Positions 1 to 10,500 of a stretch of DNA of 64,000 nt are shown here, one piece after another. Where the stretch lies: IMG/VR virus record IMGVR_UViG_3300007734_000748, positions 769 to 64,768 of that record, one strand, 5' to 3'. Positions within the stretch are counted from its first letter, which is position 1, and each line of letters opens with the position of its first letter. The translations under genes and the position numbers were made by a program. The DNA comes from a virus (Duplodnaviria; Caudoviricetes). The notes beneath the pieces are model-generated. The model saw nothing but the letters and a program-made list of their open reading frames with translations. It did not search any database and had not been told where the DNA came from.

Positions 1-1
1 G

Positions 2-145
2 TTGGCACAGCGCAAGCCGCTGACAAACGGCGAAATCTACACGGCATACATCACAGCAACAAACCAGACGCTACGGGCACAAGATGAACGACTTGCATTT
101 GCATTTGCCCGAGCCATTGAAGCCGCACACGACATAAAGGAGTAA
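2..145 (+). CDS. partial small accessory protein (C-terminus ...PLTNGEI...FARAIEAAHDIKE)
   Basis: Open frame from the window edge to TAA at 143-145; the C-terminus resembles the LTxxEI...AIEA module at 61.3-62.0 kb. Confidence 0.6.
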   Translation: MAQRKPLTNGEIYTAYITATNQTLRAQDERLAFAFARAIEAAHDIKE

Positions 146-149
146 CAAA

Positions 150-374
150 ATGAACAGTGATCAGAAATTTTGGATTTGTATTTGGAGCATGGTGCTGGCG
201 TTCCTAATAACCCTGGCGGTGTGCATCACCATCAACAGCCTTGACCGCCGCGACAAGTGGGAAAAGACCGTGAGCAACGGCGCAGACCCGATGGTTACCA
301 CCTGTGCTTTGTATCAAGCAGACACCACCGGAGAAAACGCAATCTGCACAATCTTGGCACAGGGGCGCAAATGA
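150..374 (+). CDS. hypothetical membrane protein
   Basis: AAGGAG RBS upstream; N-terminal hydrophobic helix; coupled to the next gene by ATGA. Confidence 0.75.
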   Translation: MNSDQKFWICIWSMVLAFLITLAVCITINSLDRRDKWEKTVSNGADPMVTTCALYQADTTGENAICTILAQGRK

Positions 375-520
375 AAGCACCACCACCAAGTAAAGAACTG
401 TGCCTGATGATGGCCAAGATTACTTACCCACACGATGAAAAGCTCAGTTGGACTTGGCTGTTCGCTTGGGGGTTCCATGAAGCGTATGTTGACGGTTGGT
501 ATGAAGGAGTGAAGTTATGA
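371..520 (+). CDS. hypothetical protein (paralog of 63481-63624)
   Basis: MKAPPPSKELCLMMAKITYP...; ATGA overlaps on both sides. Confidence 0.7.
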   Translation: MKAPPPSKELCLMMAKITYPHDEKLSWTWLFAWGFHEAYVDGWYEGVKL

Positions 521-663
521 CAAAAGAACAAGCCCTACAAATCATCAAATTGCTGTCAGCGGTTGAATCATGGTCATATGCAGACAAACACCGAATGCCT
601 GACTACCTATATGAACGAATTGATGAAGCTATAAAAGTGCTGGAACAAGAGGTGCTGAAATGA
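517..663 (+). CDS. hypothetical protein (paralog of 63857-64000)
   Basis: Hand-translated MTKEQALQIIKLLSAVESWSYADKHRMPDYLYERIDEAIKVLEQEVLK; GAAGGAG RBS. Confidence 0.7.
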   Translation: MTKEQALQIIKLLSAVESWSYADKHRMPDYLYERIDEAIKVLEQEVLK

Positions 664-812
664 CACCAGACAAAATGTTCCTGGCACTAATGAGGGCCAA
701 GGGCTACACCGATGAGGACATGAAGATGGTCAAAGGCAGGTATACCAACGCCAATATGCAAACCCGGTGGCTTTATTTTCGCCTGGGGTGGGAGATGAGG
801 GGCACGACATGA
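660..812 (+). CDS. hypothetical protein
   Basis: Hand-translated MTPDKMFLALMRAKGYTDEDMKMVKGRYTNANMQTRWLYFRLGWEMRGTT; GAGGT RBS, ATGA overlaps. Confidence 0.65.
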   Translation: MTPDKMFLALMRAKGYTDEDMKMVKGRYTNANMQTRWLYFRLGWEMRGTT

Positions 813-985
813 AAGGCGGCGCAAGACCGGGCAGTGGGCGCAAACCCACATTGATTGATGAGCGAAGGGCTTTAAGCCTATACAAGCAGGGCGTATCAAT
901 GCGGGAAATTGCTGAACGATTTGGTGTGGGTATCGAAGTGATTAGGTATTTTTTTAAGAAGCAAAGGAGGCTGGCAAATGGCTGA
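809..985 (+). CDS. HTH DNA-binding protein
   Basis: GGARPGSGRKP basic arm followed by HTH-like LYKQGVSMREIAERFGVG. Confidence 0.75.
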   Translation: MKGGARPGSGRKPTLIDERRALSLYKQGVSMREIAERFGVGIEVIRYFFKKQRRLANG

Positions 986-1250
986 CATAACTGATTACGC
1001 AATGCCCATGATGAGGATTGAAAATTTTTTACGGCAGATGCACAATCATCTGCTGGACCGCGAAATGCCTCAGGCCCAAGAACTGTCAATTCAGTTGGTG
1101 GCGGAGGCCAGAGTTCTGCAACACACCCTTAACCTTATGAAGGAACAAGAAGATGCCTTACGTCAACAAACCACGCCCGTACAAAAAAGAGTACCAACAG
1201 CAAGTGGAGCGGGGCGAGCTACCTACACGAATGGAGCGGCAGAAAGCTAG
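978..1250 (+). CDS. hypothetical protein
   Basis: AAGGAGG RBS; helical protein whose 3' end overlaps the HNH gene. Confidence 0.6.
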   Translation: MADITDYAMPMMRIENFLRQMHNHLLDREMPQAQELSIQLVAEARVLQHTLNLMKEQEDALRQQTTPVQKRVPTASGAGRATYTNGAAES

Positions 1251-1428
1251 GCGGGCAATGGATGCTAAGGGCGTTGACCGTACGGGCAAAGACATTGACC
1301 ACACCATCCCGCTGTCCAAGGGTGGCACAAACGCGCCGAGTAACCTGAAGCTGAAGAAGCCCAGTGCGAACCGGTCGTTCAGCCGCAACAGCGACCACAC
1401 AGTAAAAGTGAACAAACCGAAAAAATGA
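1153..1428 (+). CDS. HNH endonuclease
   Basis: DIDHTIPLSKGGTN...NL...ANRS HNH signature. Confidence 0.85.
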   Translation: MPYVNKPRPYKKEYQQQVERGELPTRMERQKARRAMDAKGVDRTGKDIDHTIPLSKGGTNAPSNLKLKKPSANRSFSRNSDHTVKVNKPKK

Positions 1429-2810
1429 TTTCACAACAATACAAGTGGCCGAGGCCCATGGGCTTCGAGCCATTCGATCACCAAAAGACAACTGCGAATT
1501 TCTTGGTCAACAACGGACGGGCGTTTTGTTTTAACGAACAGGGCACGGGTAAAACCGCTTCCGTCATTTGGGCCGCTGATTACTTGATGACCACAAAGCT
1601 CATAAAGCGCGTACTGGTTGTGTGCCCGCTGTCCATCATGCAGTCAGCATGGCAAAACGACTTGTTCAAGTTTGCCGTTCATCGTTCTGTCGATGTTGCC
1701 TATGGCTCTGCTGAGAAGCGCAACAAAATTGCCAACAGCACCGCTGAGTTTGTGATCATCAACTACGATGGCCTCCCCGCAATTGCACAGGCGGCTATCG
1801 ACGGGAAGATGTTTGATCTTGTCGTGATTGATGAAGCCAACGCCTACAAGAACGTGCAGACCAAACGCTGGAAACTTATGCGTAAGATCATCACCCAGAA
1901 CACTTGGTTGTGGATGCTGACTGGCACTCCCGCCGCGCAGTCCCCAGTGGATGCGTATGGGCTGGCCAAACTTTGTGTACCCAACCGCGCACCCTCATTT
2001 TTGGGTGACTATCGCGAATCAGTGATGCTCAAGATTGGCATGTATCGGTGGATGCCCCGGCCCAATGCGGAGCAGATTGTGTTTGACATGCTTCAGCCAG
2101 CCATTCGATTTGAGAAATCCCAATGCCTTGACTTGCCAGCAGTTACATACACAAGCAGACTTGCGCCTCTTACACCCCAACAGCGCAAGTACTATAAAGA
2201 GTTAAAAGACCAGATGCTCATGGAGGCGGCGGGCGAAGAAATCAGCACGGTCAATGCCGCGTCACGCATGAACAAGCTGCTCCAGATTTCCTGTGGCGCT
2301 GTGTACACAGATAGCGGGGCGGTCGTGGACTTTGATGTATCCAACCGATTACAAGCGGTGGAGGAGGTCATCGACGAGTCGAGCCACAAGGTCTTGATCT
2401 TTGTACCGTTCCGTCACACGATTGAGTTGCTCCAGCGTCATCTGGTGAAGGCCAACATAACCTGCGACGTGATTCATGGCGATGTAACCGTTCGTAATCG
2501 CACCGAAATTTTTAAACGTTTTCAAGAAACTCCGAACCCAAAAGTTCTCGTGATTCAACCTCAAGCGGCATCGCACGGGGTTACCCTAACTGCGGCGGAC
2601 ACCATAATTTGGTACGCTCCAGTCACCTCAACTGAGACATACCTTCAGGCCAATGCTCGCATTGATCGGCCCGGTCAGCGCAATGCAATGACAGTGGTGC
2701 ACATCGAAGGTAGCCCGATTGAGCGCAAGCTGTACACAATGTTGCAAAACAACATTACGAACCACGAAAAAATTGTGGACTTGTACAAAAAAGAGCTTGA
2801 AGAGACTTGA
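1425..2810 (+). CDS. SNF2-family (SF2) helicase
   Basis: Motifs QGTGKT, VIDEA, LTGTP, HGVTLT and QANARIDRPGQ. Confidence 0.92.
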   Translation: MISQQYKWPRPMGFEPFDHQKTTANFLVNNGRAFCFNEQGTGKTASVIWAADYLMTTKLIKRVLVVCPLSIMQSAWQNDLFKFAVHRSVDVAYGSAEKRNKIANSTAEFVIINYDGLPAIAQAAIDGKMFDLVVIDEANAYKNVQTKRWKLMRKIITQNTWLWMLTGTPAAQSPVDAYGLAKLCVPNRAPSFLGDYRESVMLKIGMYRWMPRPNAEQIVFDMLQPAIRFEKSQCLDLPAVTYTSRLAPLTPQQRKYYKELKDQMLMEAAGEEISTVNAASRMNKLLQISCGAVYTDSGAVVDFDVSNRLQAVEEVIDESSHKVLIFVPFRHTIELLQRHLVKANITCDVIHGDVTVRNRTEIFKRFQETPNPKVLVIQPQAASHGVTLTAADTIIWYAPVTSTETYLQANARIDRPGQRNAMTVVHIEGSPIERKLYTMLQNNITNHEKIVDLYKKELEET

Positions 2811-2834
2811 CAAAGTCTAAATAACCCATATACT
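2807..2834 (+). promoter_or_regulatory. sigma70-type promoter with conserved AAGTCTAA after the -35
   Basis: TTGACA-N16-TATACT upstream of the 2858 gene. Confidence 0.7.
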
Positions 2835-2857
2835 ACCCTTTCACTTCAGGAGAAAAA

Positions 2858-3259
2858 ATGGAAATAACTTCCGTAGATAAACTGTCGGAGCAGTACATCA
2901 AACTGCGTACCGAGCGAGAGATACTCAAGGAAAAATTTAACGCCGCTGATGGAGAACTCACGGCACAAATGGATGCCATTGAGTCCCAGCTTTTGGATGT
3001 GCTTAATGCAGCACAAACCAGCAGCATGTCAACCGACTCAGCCGTGGTAATGCGCCGCGTTACTAAGCGGTACAACCCAACCAACTGGGATGCCATCTAT
3101 CAGTTAGTTGACAAACACAAGGCTTATGGCCTTTTGTTCAAGCGTGTGCATGACCAAAACATGAGCACGTTTTTAGAGGAACATCCAGATGAGTACCCCG
3201 CTGGTCTGAATGTTGATAGTCGTTACACGGTGGTTGTTCGCCGTAAGTCATCTGTTTAA
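2858..3259 (+). CDS. hypothetical protein of the replication module
   Basis: AGGAG RBS; N-terminal coiled coil; lies between the helicase and SSB-like genes. Confidence 0.8.
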   Translation: MEITSVDKLSEQYIKLRTEREILKEKFNAADGELTAQMDAIESQLLDVLNAAQTSSMSTDSAVVMRRVTKRYNPTNWDAIYQLVDKHKAYGLLFKRVHDQNMSTFLEEHPDEYPAGLNVDSRYTVVVRRKSSV

Positions 3260-3274
3260 TCAAGGAGAAAAATC

Positions 3275-4141
3275 ATGTCCAATGTTTCCACTTTCAATGA
3301 GAACCTGCCCGCCCACTTGCAAAACGTCAAGCTGGACGATTTCACTAAAGCTTTTGCCAACTCTGGCGGCAGCGTAAAGCGCATTACCCTGCGCGGGCGT
3401 GTCTTCCGCCTCATCGACGGCGGCAAAGAAATCGCTAAAAACACTGACCCCTTTATGGACGTTGTGATTGTCAATGGCAGCCGCACGGTGCAGAAGTCTT
3501 ATTACGCCGCTGAGTACAACCCCGATGAGACCTCCGTGCCTGATTGCTGGTCCAGTGATGGTGAGCGTCCTGACGCGGATGCTACTGACCCTCAGCATTC
3601 ACACTGCAAAGAGTGCCCCCAATCTATTAAGGGTTCGGCTGGTGCTGGTCGTGCGGCGTGCCGTTACTCCATGCGTCTGGCTGTCGTGCTGAGCAACAAT
3701 ATTGGTGGCGACATTTATCAACTGATCCTGCCCCAAAAGTCATTGTTTGGTCAAGGCGATGTTGACCACATGCCGTTCCTGCAATACGCCAAATATGTGG
3801 CGCAGTCAGGCTACAACCTGAACATGCTGTCCACCCGGTTGACTTTTGACACTGACAGCGACTTCCCCAAGCTGGTGTTTAATCGGTCTGAGTTTCTTGA
3901 TAAAGACAACTACGACACCGCCGTAGCCCAAGGCGAAACGCAAATTGCCATCAATGCTGGCAAACTTAACTTTACCAAGAAGCCTGATACGCCCGCACTT
4001 CCAAAGTTGGTTGCACCTCCCGGCTCCGCCGCCGCTGAGATTGCACCGCCTACAAAGCGGGCAGAGAAGCCCAAGGAGGAAGCGCCCAAGCAAAAGTTGG
4101 GGTTGTCCGCGATGATGGACGACTGGGGAGACGATAAGTAA
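3275..4141 (+). CDS. putative ssDNA-binding/annealing protein
   Basis: Zn-binding CWS...CKECP...C motif, Pro/Lys linker and acidic aromatic tail (MMDDWGDDK). Confidence 0.65.
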   Translation: MSNVSTFNENLPAHLQNVKLDDFTKAFANSGGSVKRITLRGRVFRLIDGGKEIAKNTDPFMDVVIVNGSRTVQKSYYAAEYNPDETSVPDCWSSDGERPDADATDPQHSHCKECPQSIKGSAGAGRAACRYSMRLAVVLSNNIGGDIYQLILPQKSLFGQGDVDHMPFLQYAKYVAQSGYNLNMLSTRLTFDTDSDFPKLVFNRSEFLDKDNYDTAVAQGETQIAINAGKLNFTKKPDTPALPKLVAPPGSAAAEIAPPTKRAEKPKEEAPKQKLGLSAMMDDWGDDK

Positions 4142-4368
4142 TGAAGGGTTACACACTGCAAACTGTACGCCTTAACAGAGACGCGGATGGTAAGTGTGTC
4201 GGGGTGCGTCTTGGGCGGTACTGCATCGCCAAAAACATCCCGGTGACCGACGTGATGGCGTTCTTCGATGTGTCTAAACAGACCGTGTACAACTGGTTTG
4301 TTGGGATACATCCACCGAACAAAACACACGAAAAAACCATTCGCGACTTTTTAGATCGCGTTCTATAA
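4141..4368 (+). CDS. Cro/CI-like HTH regulator
   Basis: VTDVMAFFDVSKQTVYNWFVG HTH. Confidence 0.8.
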   Translation: MKGYTLQTVRLNRDADGKCVGVRLGRYCIAKNIPVTDVMAFFDVSKQTVYNWFVGIHPPNKTHEKTIRDFLDRVL

Positions 4369-4373
4369 GTTTC

Positions 4374-4428
4374 GGGGGCAACTAGCTCGACGGAGCGAAT
4401 AGGGTTCCCGTCGACCCCTGTTGCCCCC
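4374..4428 (+). ncRNA. candidate structured cis-regulatory RNA upstream of the primase
   Basis: Outer stem GGGGGCAAC/GTTGCCCCC encloses GCTC(GACG)GAGC and AGGG(...)CCCT hairpins whose loops are complementary. Confidence 0.5.
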
Positions 4429-4457
4429 TTTCTATTTTGACGGCGAATGGATTCACA

Positions 4458-7301
4458 ATGGCGGATACTGAATTACTACGGAGCGTAGTACCACAAGAAG
4501 ACGGGTGGTATTGCGTTGTAGGGTTGCTGGATGGGAAACCCCCGATCCAAACATTTCACAAGACTTTACAAGAAGTAGAGCAAGAGGCAGACAGACTTGT
4601 CGCCTACCAACGCAACGCATTCTTTGGTTGCGGTATGTTTAAGACAGAAGATTCTCGCGAAGCGGACAACTGCGGATGGATGAAGTCTTTCTTTCTTGAC
4701 ATTGACTGCGGACCCACCAAAGCTGTACCAGACAGATACGGGCGCATCAAAGGCTACATTGACCAAGCCACAGGTATGCAAGCCGTCAAAGATTTATGCA
4801 AGGGTCTTGGTTTGCCCAAACCTACCATTGTGGATTCTGGGCGTGGCTGGCATGTCTATTGGCCGCTGACTGAATCAGTGGAAGTGAGCAAGTGGCTGCC
4901 AGTCGCACACACGTTCAAAGCCCGATGCAAAGAGTTGAACATCATCATCGACCCAGATGTACCAGCAGATGCCGCACGGGTGCTGCGTATACCGGGCACA
5001 AAGAATTTCAAGGATGACCCGGCGCATGATGTCGTGCTGATGCACACCGCAGAGCCAATGACGTTTGAGGACTTTGTTTCCAAGATGGGCCCGATGGTTC
5101 AGCCCCGGCCAACGTACATGCCCAAGCAATTGGATGAATTCACCAAGGCAATGCTGGGCAACAGGCAGTCAAGGTTTCGCACGATCTTTGATAAGACCAT
5201 GGCGGGCACAGGGTGTGAGCAACTGCGCTACATCATGGAGAACCAAGCGGACATTGAGGAACCTTTATGGCGGGCGGGGCTGTCCATTGCCAAGCATTGT
5301 GTGGATGCCGAAAAGGCCATACACATTATCTCCAAACAGCACCCGCAGTACACGCCAGAAGCCACCGAGCGCAAGGCGCAAAGCATCAAGGGGCCCTACA
5401 CATGCGAAACAATCAATGACTCTCGCCCTGGGGTATGCGAAAAGTGCATACATTGGGGGAAGTTGAAATCTCCCGTCACGCTAGGGCATGAGATTGCCAA
5501 AGCCGAGGAGGGTGCAGTAGTCCCAAAAAAACCAACGAAGGCTGACCCGTCGACATCCTTCGTTGTGCCCAAACTCCCGTTTAGATATTTTCGGGGTAAA
5601 AACGGCGGCATATACATGCACGTCAAAGAAGGTGACGGCGACGATGATGGGGCTTCAACCGAGTGTGTGTATGAGTATGACCTGTTTGTGGTCAAACGCC
5701 TATATGACCCGACTCATGGCGAGACCATCCTGATCCGCCTCACACTGCCGCGTGACGGCACAAAAGAATTTCCGCTGACCACAGTGGACACATTAAGCAA
5801 AGAAGAATTTCGGAAGGTCATGTCCTTTCATGGTGTTTTGGCACACCAGACGCAGATGAACAGCATCTTGTCGTATGTTGTGTCCTGTGCAAAAGAACTA
5901 CAAGTAGCTCAAGAGGTAGAGATGATGCGACTGCAATTTGGTTGGACCGATGATGATCAAAAGTTTATTCTTGGCAACCGGGAGATCGGGGCCAATTACA
6001 GTAAGTACAGCCCCCCTTCCAAGGCCACGGCGCACATAGCCGCCGCGCTTCGGCCTGTGGGGTCGTTGGAGGAGTGGAAAAACATCTTCAACGTGTATGG
6101 GATGGAGGGGTTTGAGCCTCATGCGTTTGCTCTTTTCACTGCATTTGGCGCACCGCTGATCAAATTTCTTGGTGTCAAAGGCGGCATCATCAACCTCATA
6201 AACAACCGTTCTGGCACAGGCAAGTCAACCATCCTCCAGGTTATGAACAGCGTCTGGGGCCACCCCGATGAGTTGATGATCCAGTGGCGGGACACACTGA
6301 ACGTGAAGCTGCACCGTATGGCTGTGATGTGCAACCTCCCTTTAGGGGTTGACGAGATCACCAAGATGAGTGGGGACGACTTCTCAGATATGGCGTATAG
6401 CGTTACACAAGGAACACCGCGCCGCCGAATGAAGGCATCTGCGAATGAGGAGCGGGAAGCCCAAGGGTTTTGGGCAACTCTCATGGTGTGCACATCCAAC
6501 TCCAGCATGACCGATAAGTTGGAGTCCCTCAAGGCCACCTCAGAAGGCGAGTTGATGCGGCTGATGCAGTACCGAATTGACCCGACCAACAACCTTGACA
6601 AACAGGAAGCTAAGCGGATATTTGGCAGATTGCAGAGTAATTATGGCCACGCGGGCGAGATTTACGCCCAGCATCTGGTGCAGCACTTGGAGGAGATCAT
6701 CGACACCGCGCTGTACACACAAGCCCGGTTTGACAAGCGGGCCAACATTGACACCCGAGAGCGGTTTTGGTCAGCGATTGTGGCGGCAAACATTACTGGC
6801 GCAATGGTGGCGCAGAAGCTGGGCCTCCACGACATACCGATTAAACCCGTGTATGACTGGATAACCAAAGAAGTCAAGAACATGCAGGTTGCGTCCAAGC
6901 TCACCATGGACGACTACGCGGCTGTCATTGGCGAATTTTTACTTAAGCACAACCAGAACATCCTCATCGTCAACCGCAAAAGTACATCGAAAGCCAACAT
7001 TGCGGCGACGCCATTGTCTACGCCACGCGGCGCGATCATCGTGCGTTACGAACCAGACACCGAGCGTATCTTCATCCTGCGGACCGCACTGAAGGAGTTC
7101 TGTGTCAACAGGCAGATCACGTTCAATGACCTGCTGGCCGCGTTGAACAAAGACAAGTCGTTTATAAACAACGTCCGCACCCGTATCGACATTGGCACGG
7201 ATATGCACGCTCCCCCAGTTGAAGTGCTGGAGTTTGATGCACTCAAGCTAGGGGTTACCCCTACCGTCCCGACCACCGTACCTGACGACGATGCTGATTG
7301 A
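4458..7301 (+). CDS. primase-helicase (AEP/RepB-like primase + DUF927 P-loop helicase)
   Basis: FFLDIDCG, DSGRGWHVYW and RVLRIPGT primase motifs; Cys cluster; Walker A SGTGKST and Walker B VDE. Confidence 0.88.
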   Translation: MADTELLRSVVPQEDGWYCVVGLLDGKPPIQTFHKTLQEVEQEADRLVAYQRNAFFGCGMFKTEDSREADNCGWMKSFFLDIDCGPTKAVPDRYGRIKGYIDQATGMQAVKDLCKGLGLPKPTIVDSGRGWHVYWPLTESVEVSKWLPVAHTFKARCKELNIIIDPDVPADAARVLRIPGTKNFKDDPAHDVVLMHTAEPMTFEDFVSKMGPMVQPRPTYMPKQLDEFTKAMLGNRQSRFRTIFDKTMAGTGCEQLRYIMENQADIEEPLWRAGLSIAKHCVDAEKAIHIISKQHPQYTPEATERKAQSIKGPYTCETINDSRPGVCEKCIHWGKLKSPVTLGHEIAKAEEGAVVPKKPTKADPSTSFVVPKLPFRYFRGKNGGIYMHVKEGDGDDDGASTECVYEYDLFVVKRLYDPTHGETILIRLTLPRDGTKEFPLTTVDTLSKEEFRKVMSFHGVLAHQTQMNSILSYVVSCAKELQVAQEVEMMRLQFGWTDDDQKFILGNREIGANYSKYSPPSKATAHIAAALRPVGSLEEWKNIFNVYGMEGFEPHAFALFTAFGAPLIKFLGVKGGIINLINNRSGTGKSTILQVMNSVWGHPDELMIQWRDTLNVKLHRMAVMCNLPLGVDEITKMSGDDFSDMAYSVTQGTPRRRMKASANEEREAQGFWATLMVCTSNSSMTDKLESLKATSEGELMRLMQYRIDPTNNLDKQEAKRIFGRLQSNYGHAGEIYAQHLVQHLEEIIDTALYTQARFDKRANIDTRERFWSAIVAANITGAMVAQKLGLHDIPIKPVYDWITKEVKNMQVASKLTMDDYAAVIGEFLLKHNQNILIVNRKSTSKANIAATPLSTPRGAIIVRYEPDTERIFILRTALKEFCVNRQITFNDLLAALNKDKSFINNVRTRIDIGTDMHAPPVEVLEFDALKLGVTPTVPTTVPDDDAD

Positions 7302-7533
7302 TGGTGTCAGCTACCACCTCAATTGGAGAGGATTCACCGTAGGTAGCTCGTTCTTTGTCCCCTGTTTGGCGGTTGAGGAGGGCAAAGCGCGAATAGAACG
7401 CAAAATGAAACGCCTTGGGTTTGCTGTCATCGTAAAGGTGGTTATTGAAGACGGCGTAAGGGGATTGCGAGTTTGGCGCATAAAGCGTAAACTAGCGGAG
7501 CAACACGCAGTTGCTCGTTCTCCTTTGAAGTGA
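7291..7533 (+). CDS. hypothetical protein (putative small DNA-binding protein)
   Basis: Overlaps the primase stop; VGSSFFVP...GLRVWRI pattern. Confidence 0.7.
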   Translation: MLIDGVSYHLNWRGFTVGSSFFVPCLAVEEGKARIERKMKRLGFAVIVKVVIEDGVRGLRVWRIKRKLAEQHAVARSPLK

Positions 7534-7536
7534 TTT

Positions 7537-7570
7537 AACCCCCGCTAGGGCAACTTAGCGGGGTTTTTTT
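7537..7570. terminator. rho-independent terminator at the convergence of the two arms
   Basis: AACCCCCGCTAG-GGCAAC-TTAGCGGGGTTTTTTT between convergent genes. Confidence 0.8.
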
Positions 7571-10500
7571 AATCCAAGTACGTATGCCTACGCAGCACAC
7601 CTTCCAGTTTCGGGTCAATGTACAGCCCATGATCTGTTTGGCTGGACTTCTTGAGCCGCTCTGTGATTGACTTGGACATGGAGTCCGCAGGGATGAACAC
7701 AGTGGGGTTCTTGCTGTTGAACTTGTCAATCTTGTCGTAGGCTTTCTCTACGGTATCTGCGTCATTGGCCATAAAAGCCAGCGCATACAGGTTCAGCAGG
7801 TTCTGGCGCTCCTTGAGGATTGCCTGCTCTTGACCTTTGATCGTGATGTTGTAGAACTGAATCTCTGCCAACTCTGCGGACCGCAGCCCCAGGGATTGCA
7901 TGAACAAGTAAAACGGGCCAACCTCCTCCATCAGCGGGTCACCACGCAAAGTGTTTACGCCTTCGTTGGCATAACGAGCAGCGACGATTGGCTGCTTAAT
8001 GAACGCTGGCGCAATCGTTTCCAACGCCCGATCGGCGTGGCCTTCGTTGTACAGCTTCACGGCCTCTGCCGCATTGACCGCTAGTCCCACGGTAGGACCG
8101 AGCAAGTCAACAAGGAGGGATTGCAGTGACTCAACCTCATCTTGGTTCTTACGGGAATCGCGCAACCACATGTCATCCAGTTTCAAGCGGCTGGCCAAGT
8201 CTATGCCAGCGGCATTGCCAATACCACGAGTCAGCATCGTGCCCACGTTCTTGCCAAAGGTTTCCACAGCCCAGTTGGCAAACTCCAACTCAAACTCAAA
8301 GGGCGGCTCGTCATCATCGGCCAGTCCATTGACCACAGCGTTGACAATGGATGCCACTGTGGAGAACCCCCAGAGACCAGTTACCCCTGAGAAGATGCCC
8401 GCCATGCCCATGGTCCCCACGAACCGGGCACGAGCTTCACGCCGGTCAGCGGGCGTAGCGCCCTTGAGCATGTTGACCATGTTGTGGGCCAGGAAGAAAG
8501 TCATCTGCTGTGGGAACTGCTTGAACTGCAACACCACACGAGCAACCGGATGCTGGAAGTAGCGTGGTTTGTTTGGTGAAGAGTAATCAAACATCGAGCG
8601 GTTTGTCGTGTCCTTTGCTTCAGCAATAGACTCTGCAAACGCCAAATCCTTGTCCGCATAATCTTTGCGCTTTTCCATGGCCAAGCGGAACGCAGACATT
8701 GCCATCACCTCGCGGTTAAACCGCTCAGCGTTGTGGAACAGCGAGGTCAGCATCTCCATACCGCGATGGCGCAGCCCGGTGTAACTTTCCGTGGGGGACG
8801 CAGCCAATCCTGATTGGTCATACACCGCTGTGATGTCGATAAGCCCGTCAGCCACAAACCGGTCGTACGCAGCCCGCTCTGTCTTACTCATAGACTTGGT
8901 GCGGTCCAGGGTGGGGAACATCACGCGGTTATCCCGCAGGCGCTCACCGCGCTCAATGTTGAACCCCGTGGCAATGATCTGGCCAGCGGCCGTCTTCATC
9001 TGACCCAGCGCCGCCAGCGTTGCTTCCGTGTAGGACGCTTTGGGATTTGCTTTGACGTACTGCCCGACCAGAGTGGGCAGACCAATGGTCATGCCGCCCA
9101 ATATGTTGACAATCGCAGACGCAGGGGCGGTCAAGTACCAGATGAACCCTATGTTGGACAGCAACGAAGGGATGATGCCAATGTCTGTGGGGTTGAGCAT
9201 CAACTTCAAACGGCGATCCATCTCGGTAACATAGTCACTGAGTTCAGTGTTCTCGCGAGACAGTTTTACATCGTATCCTTTATTGACATCAATTCGGTCT
9301 TTAAGCTGAATGCGGGCCGCTTCAATCTGCGAGAACATGTTGGGTGAATGTTCAAAGCGGGCCATCTGATAGGCCATGTGAAAGGACGACGATGCAAAGT
9401 TACGCAGCGCATCTTCCGAATAGCCCGCCACATTGTTGCGGTGCATAAACTGATTGCGAAAGCTGCGCTCTGGTTGGTTGGCCAAGAACGTCTGATATAT
9501 GCTGTCTTTTAGGTTTTGCTTTTCTGCGGCAGAGTTAGCGCCTGTGATATTGGCGCTGTCAATCGCAGCAAAAGACTCTCGCAGGAAGTTGGACTCACGC
9601 GCATGCAAGTCCATCTGCTGGGCAAACTCAGAGCCTTCCTTGACGGTGCTTTCTAATTCTGGGTTCTGGGCAATACGCTGGGCCATATGGATTTCTTTTT
9701 GGCCCGCAGACTCAAACATGTAGTACTCACGCGTCTTGCCCTTACCGATCTGATACCAGAAGCGGCCATGGCGCATCAACGGGAAGTACGGACCCTTGCG
9801 TTTGTTCTTTTCAAACTCGTTGCGAATCTCAAGAATAGTTTGTTCCGACACACCTAGCTGACGCATCTGCGTGACACGCTGGTTCATCAACCCTTTGTAT
9901 TCTTCGTAACGGCGTTCGTAGAAGTCACGCACTTGCCGGTAGATTGCCTTGGCCACAGGGCTTAGTTGGTTCCAATCCTGCAACAGTTGTACGTTTCTGT
10001 TGCGCTGATCGGTCGTAGCTTTATCTGGGTCCACTTCAGAAATTGTGGCACCGTGCATGACCTTAGCTAACAAACGCGACATATTAGGGTCGGCAGATTG
10101 CATACGCTCCCACCGTTTAGATATGTCACCAGACTCGCGCAATATATTGTTCTTGCGGGCCAAGAAATCTTCGGCCACCTGAATAAAGTTGTTGACCTGC
10201 GGAATCCTGTTACGCACCAGATCAGCTATCTGACGCATGGTGAGCATGCCCAATGCAACAGGGCGGCTGCTTGCTTTTGCGCTGTTGTACAAAATGGGGA
10301 ACGAACCCTTAACTTCTGCCCAAGAGCGTGCACTCATAAGGTTGGACAACGAGGTTGGCGTATTTGGCAGGCTACGCGGTACAGGTTTGGCAGCGCCCTT
10401 TACAGTCAGACCTTTACGCTCCGTAGCTGGGGCCAGCCCTTCCAGAGCCATGGGGCCAGCCATCATTGCGTCGGTAGCCTTCATCACTTCAATCAGCACG

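Noticed and set aside
4374-4428. Hammerhead ribozyme or tRNA
   Set aside because: It lacks the CUGANGA/GAAA core and the cloverleaf/TTC arm
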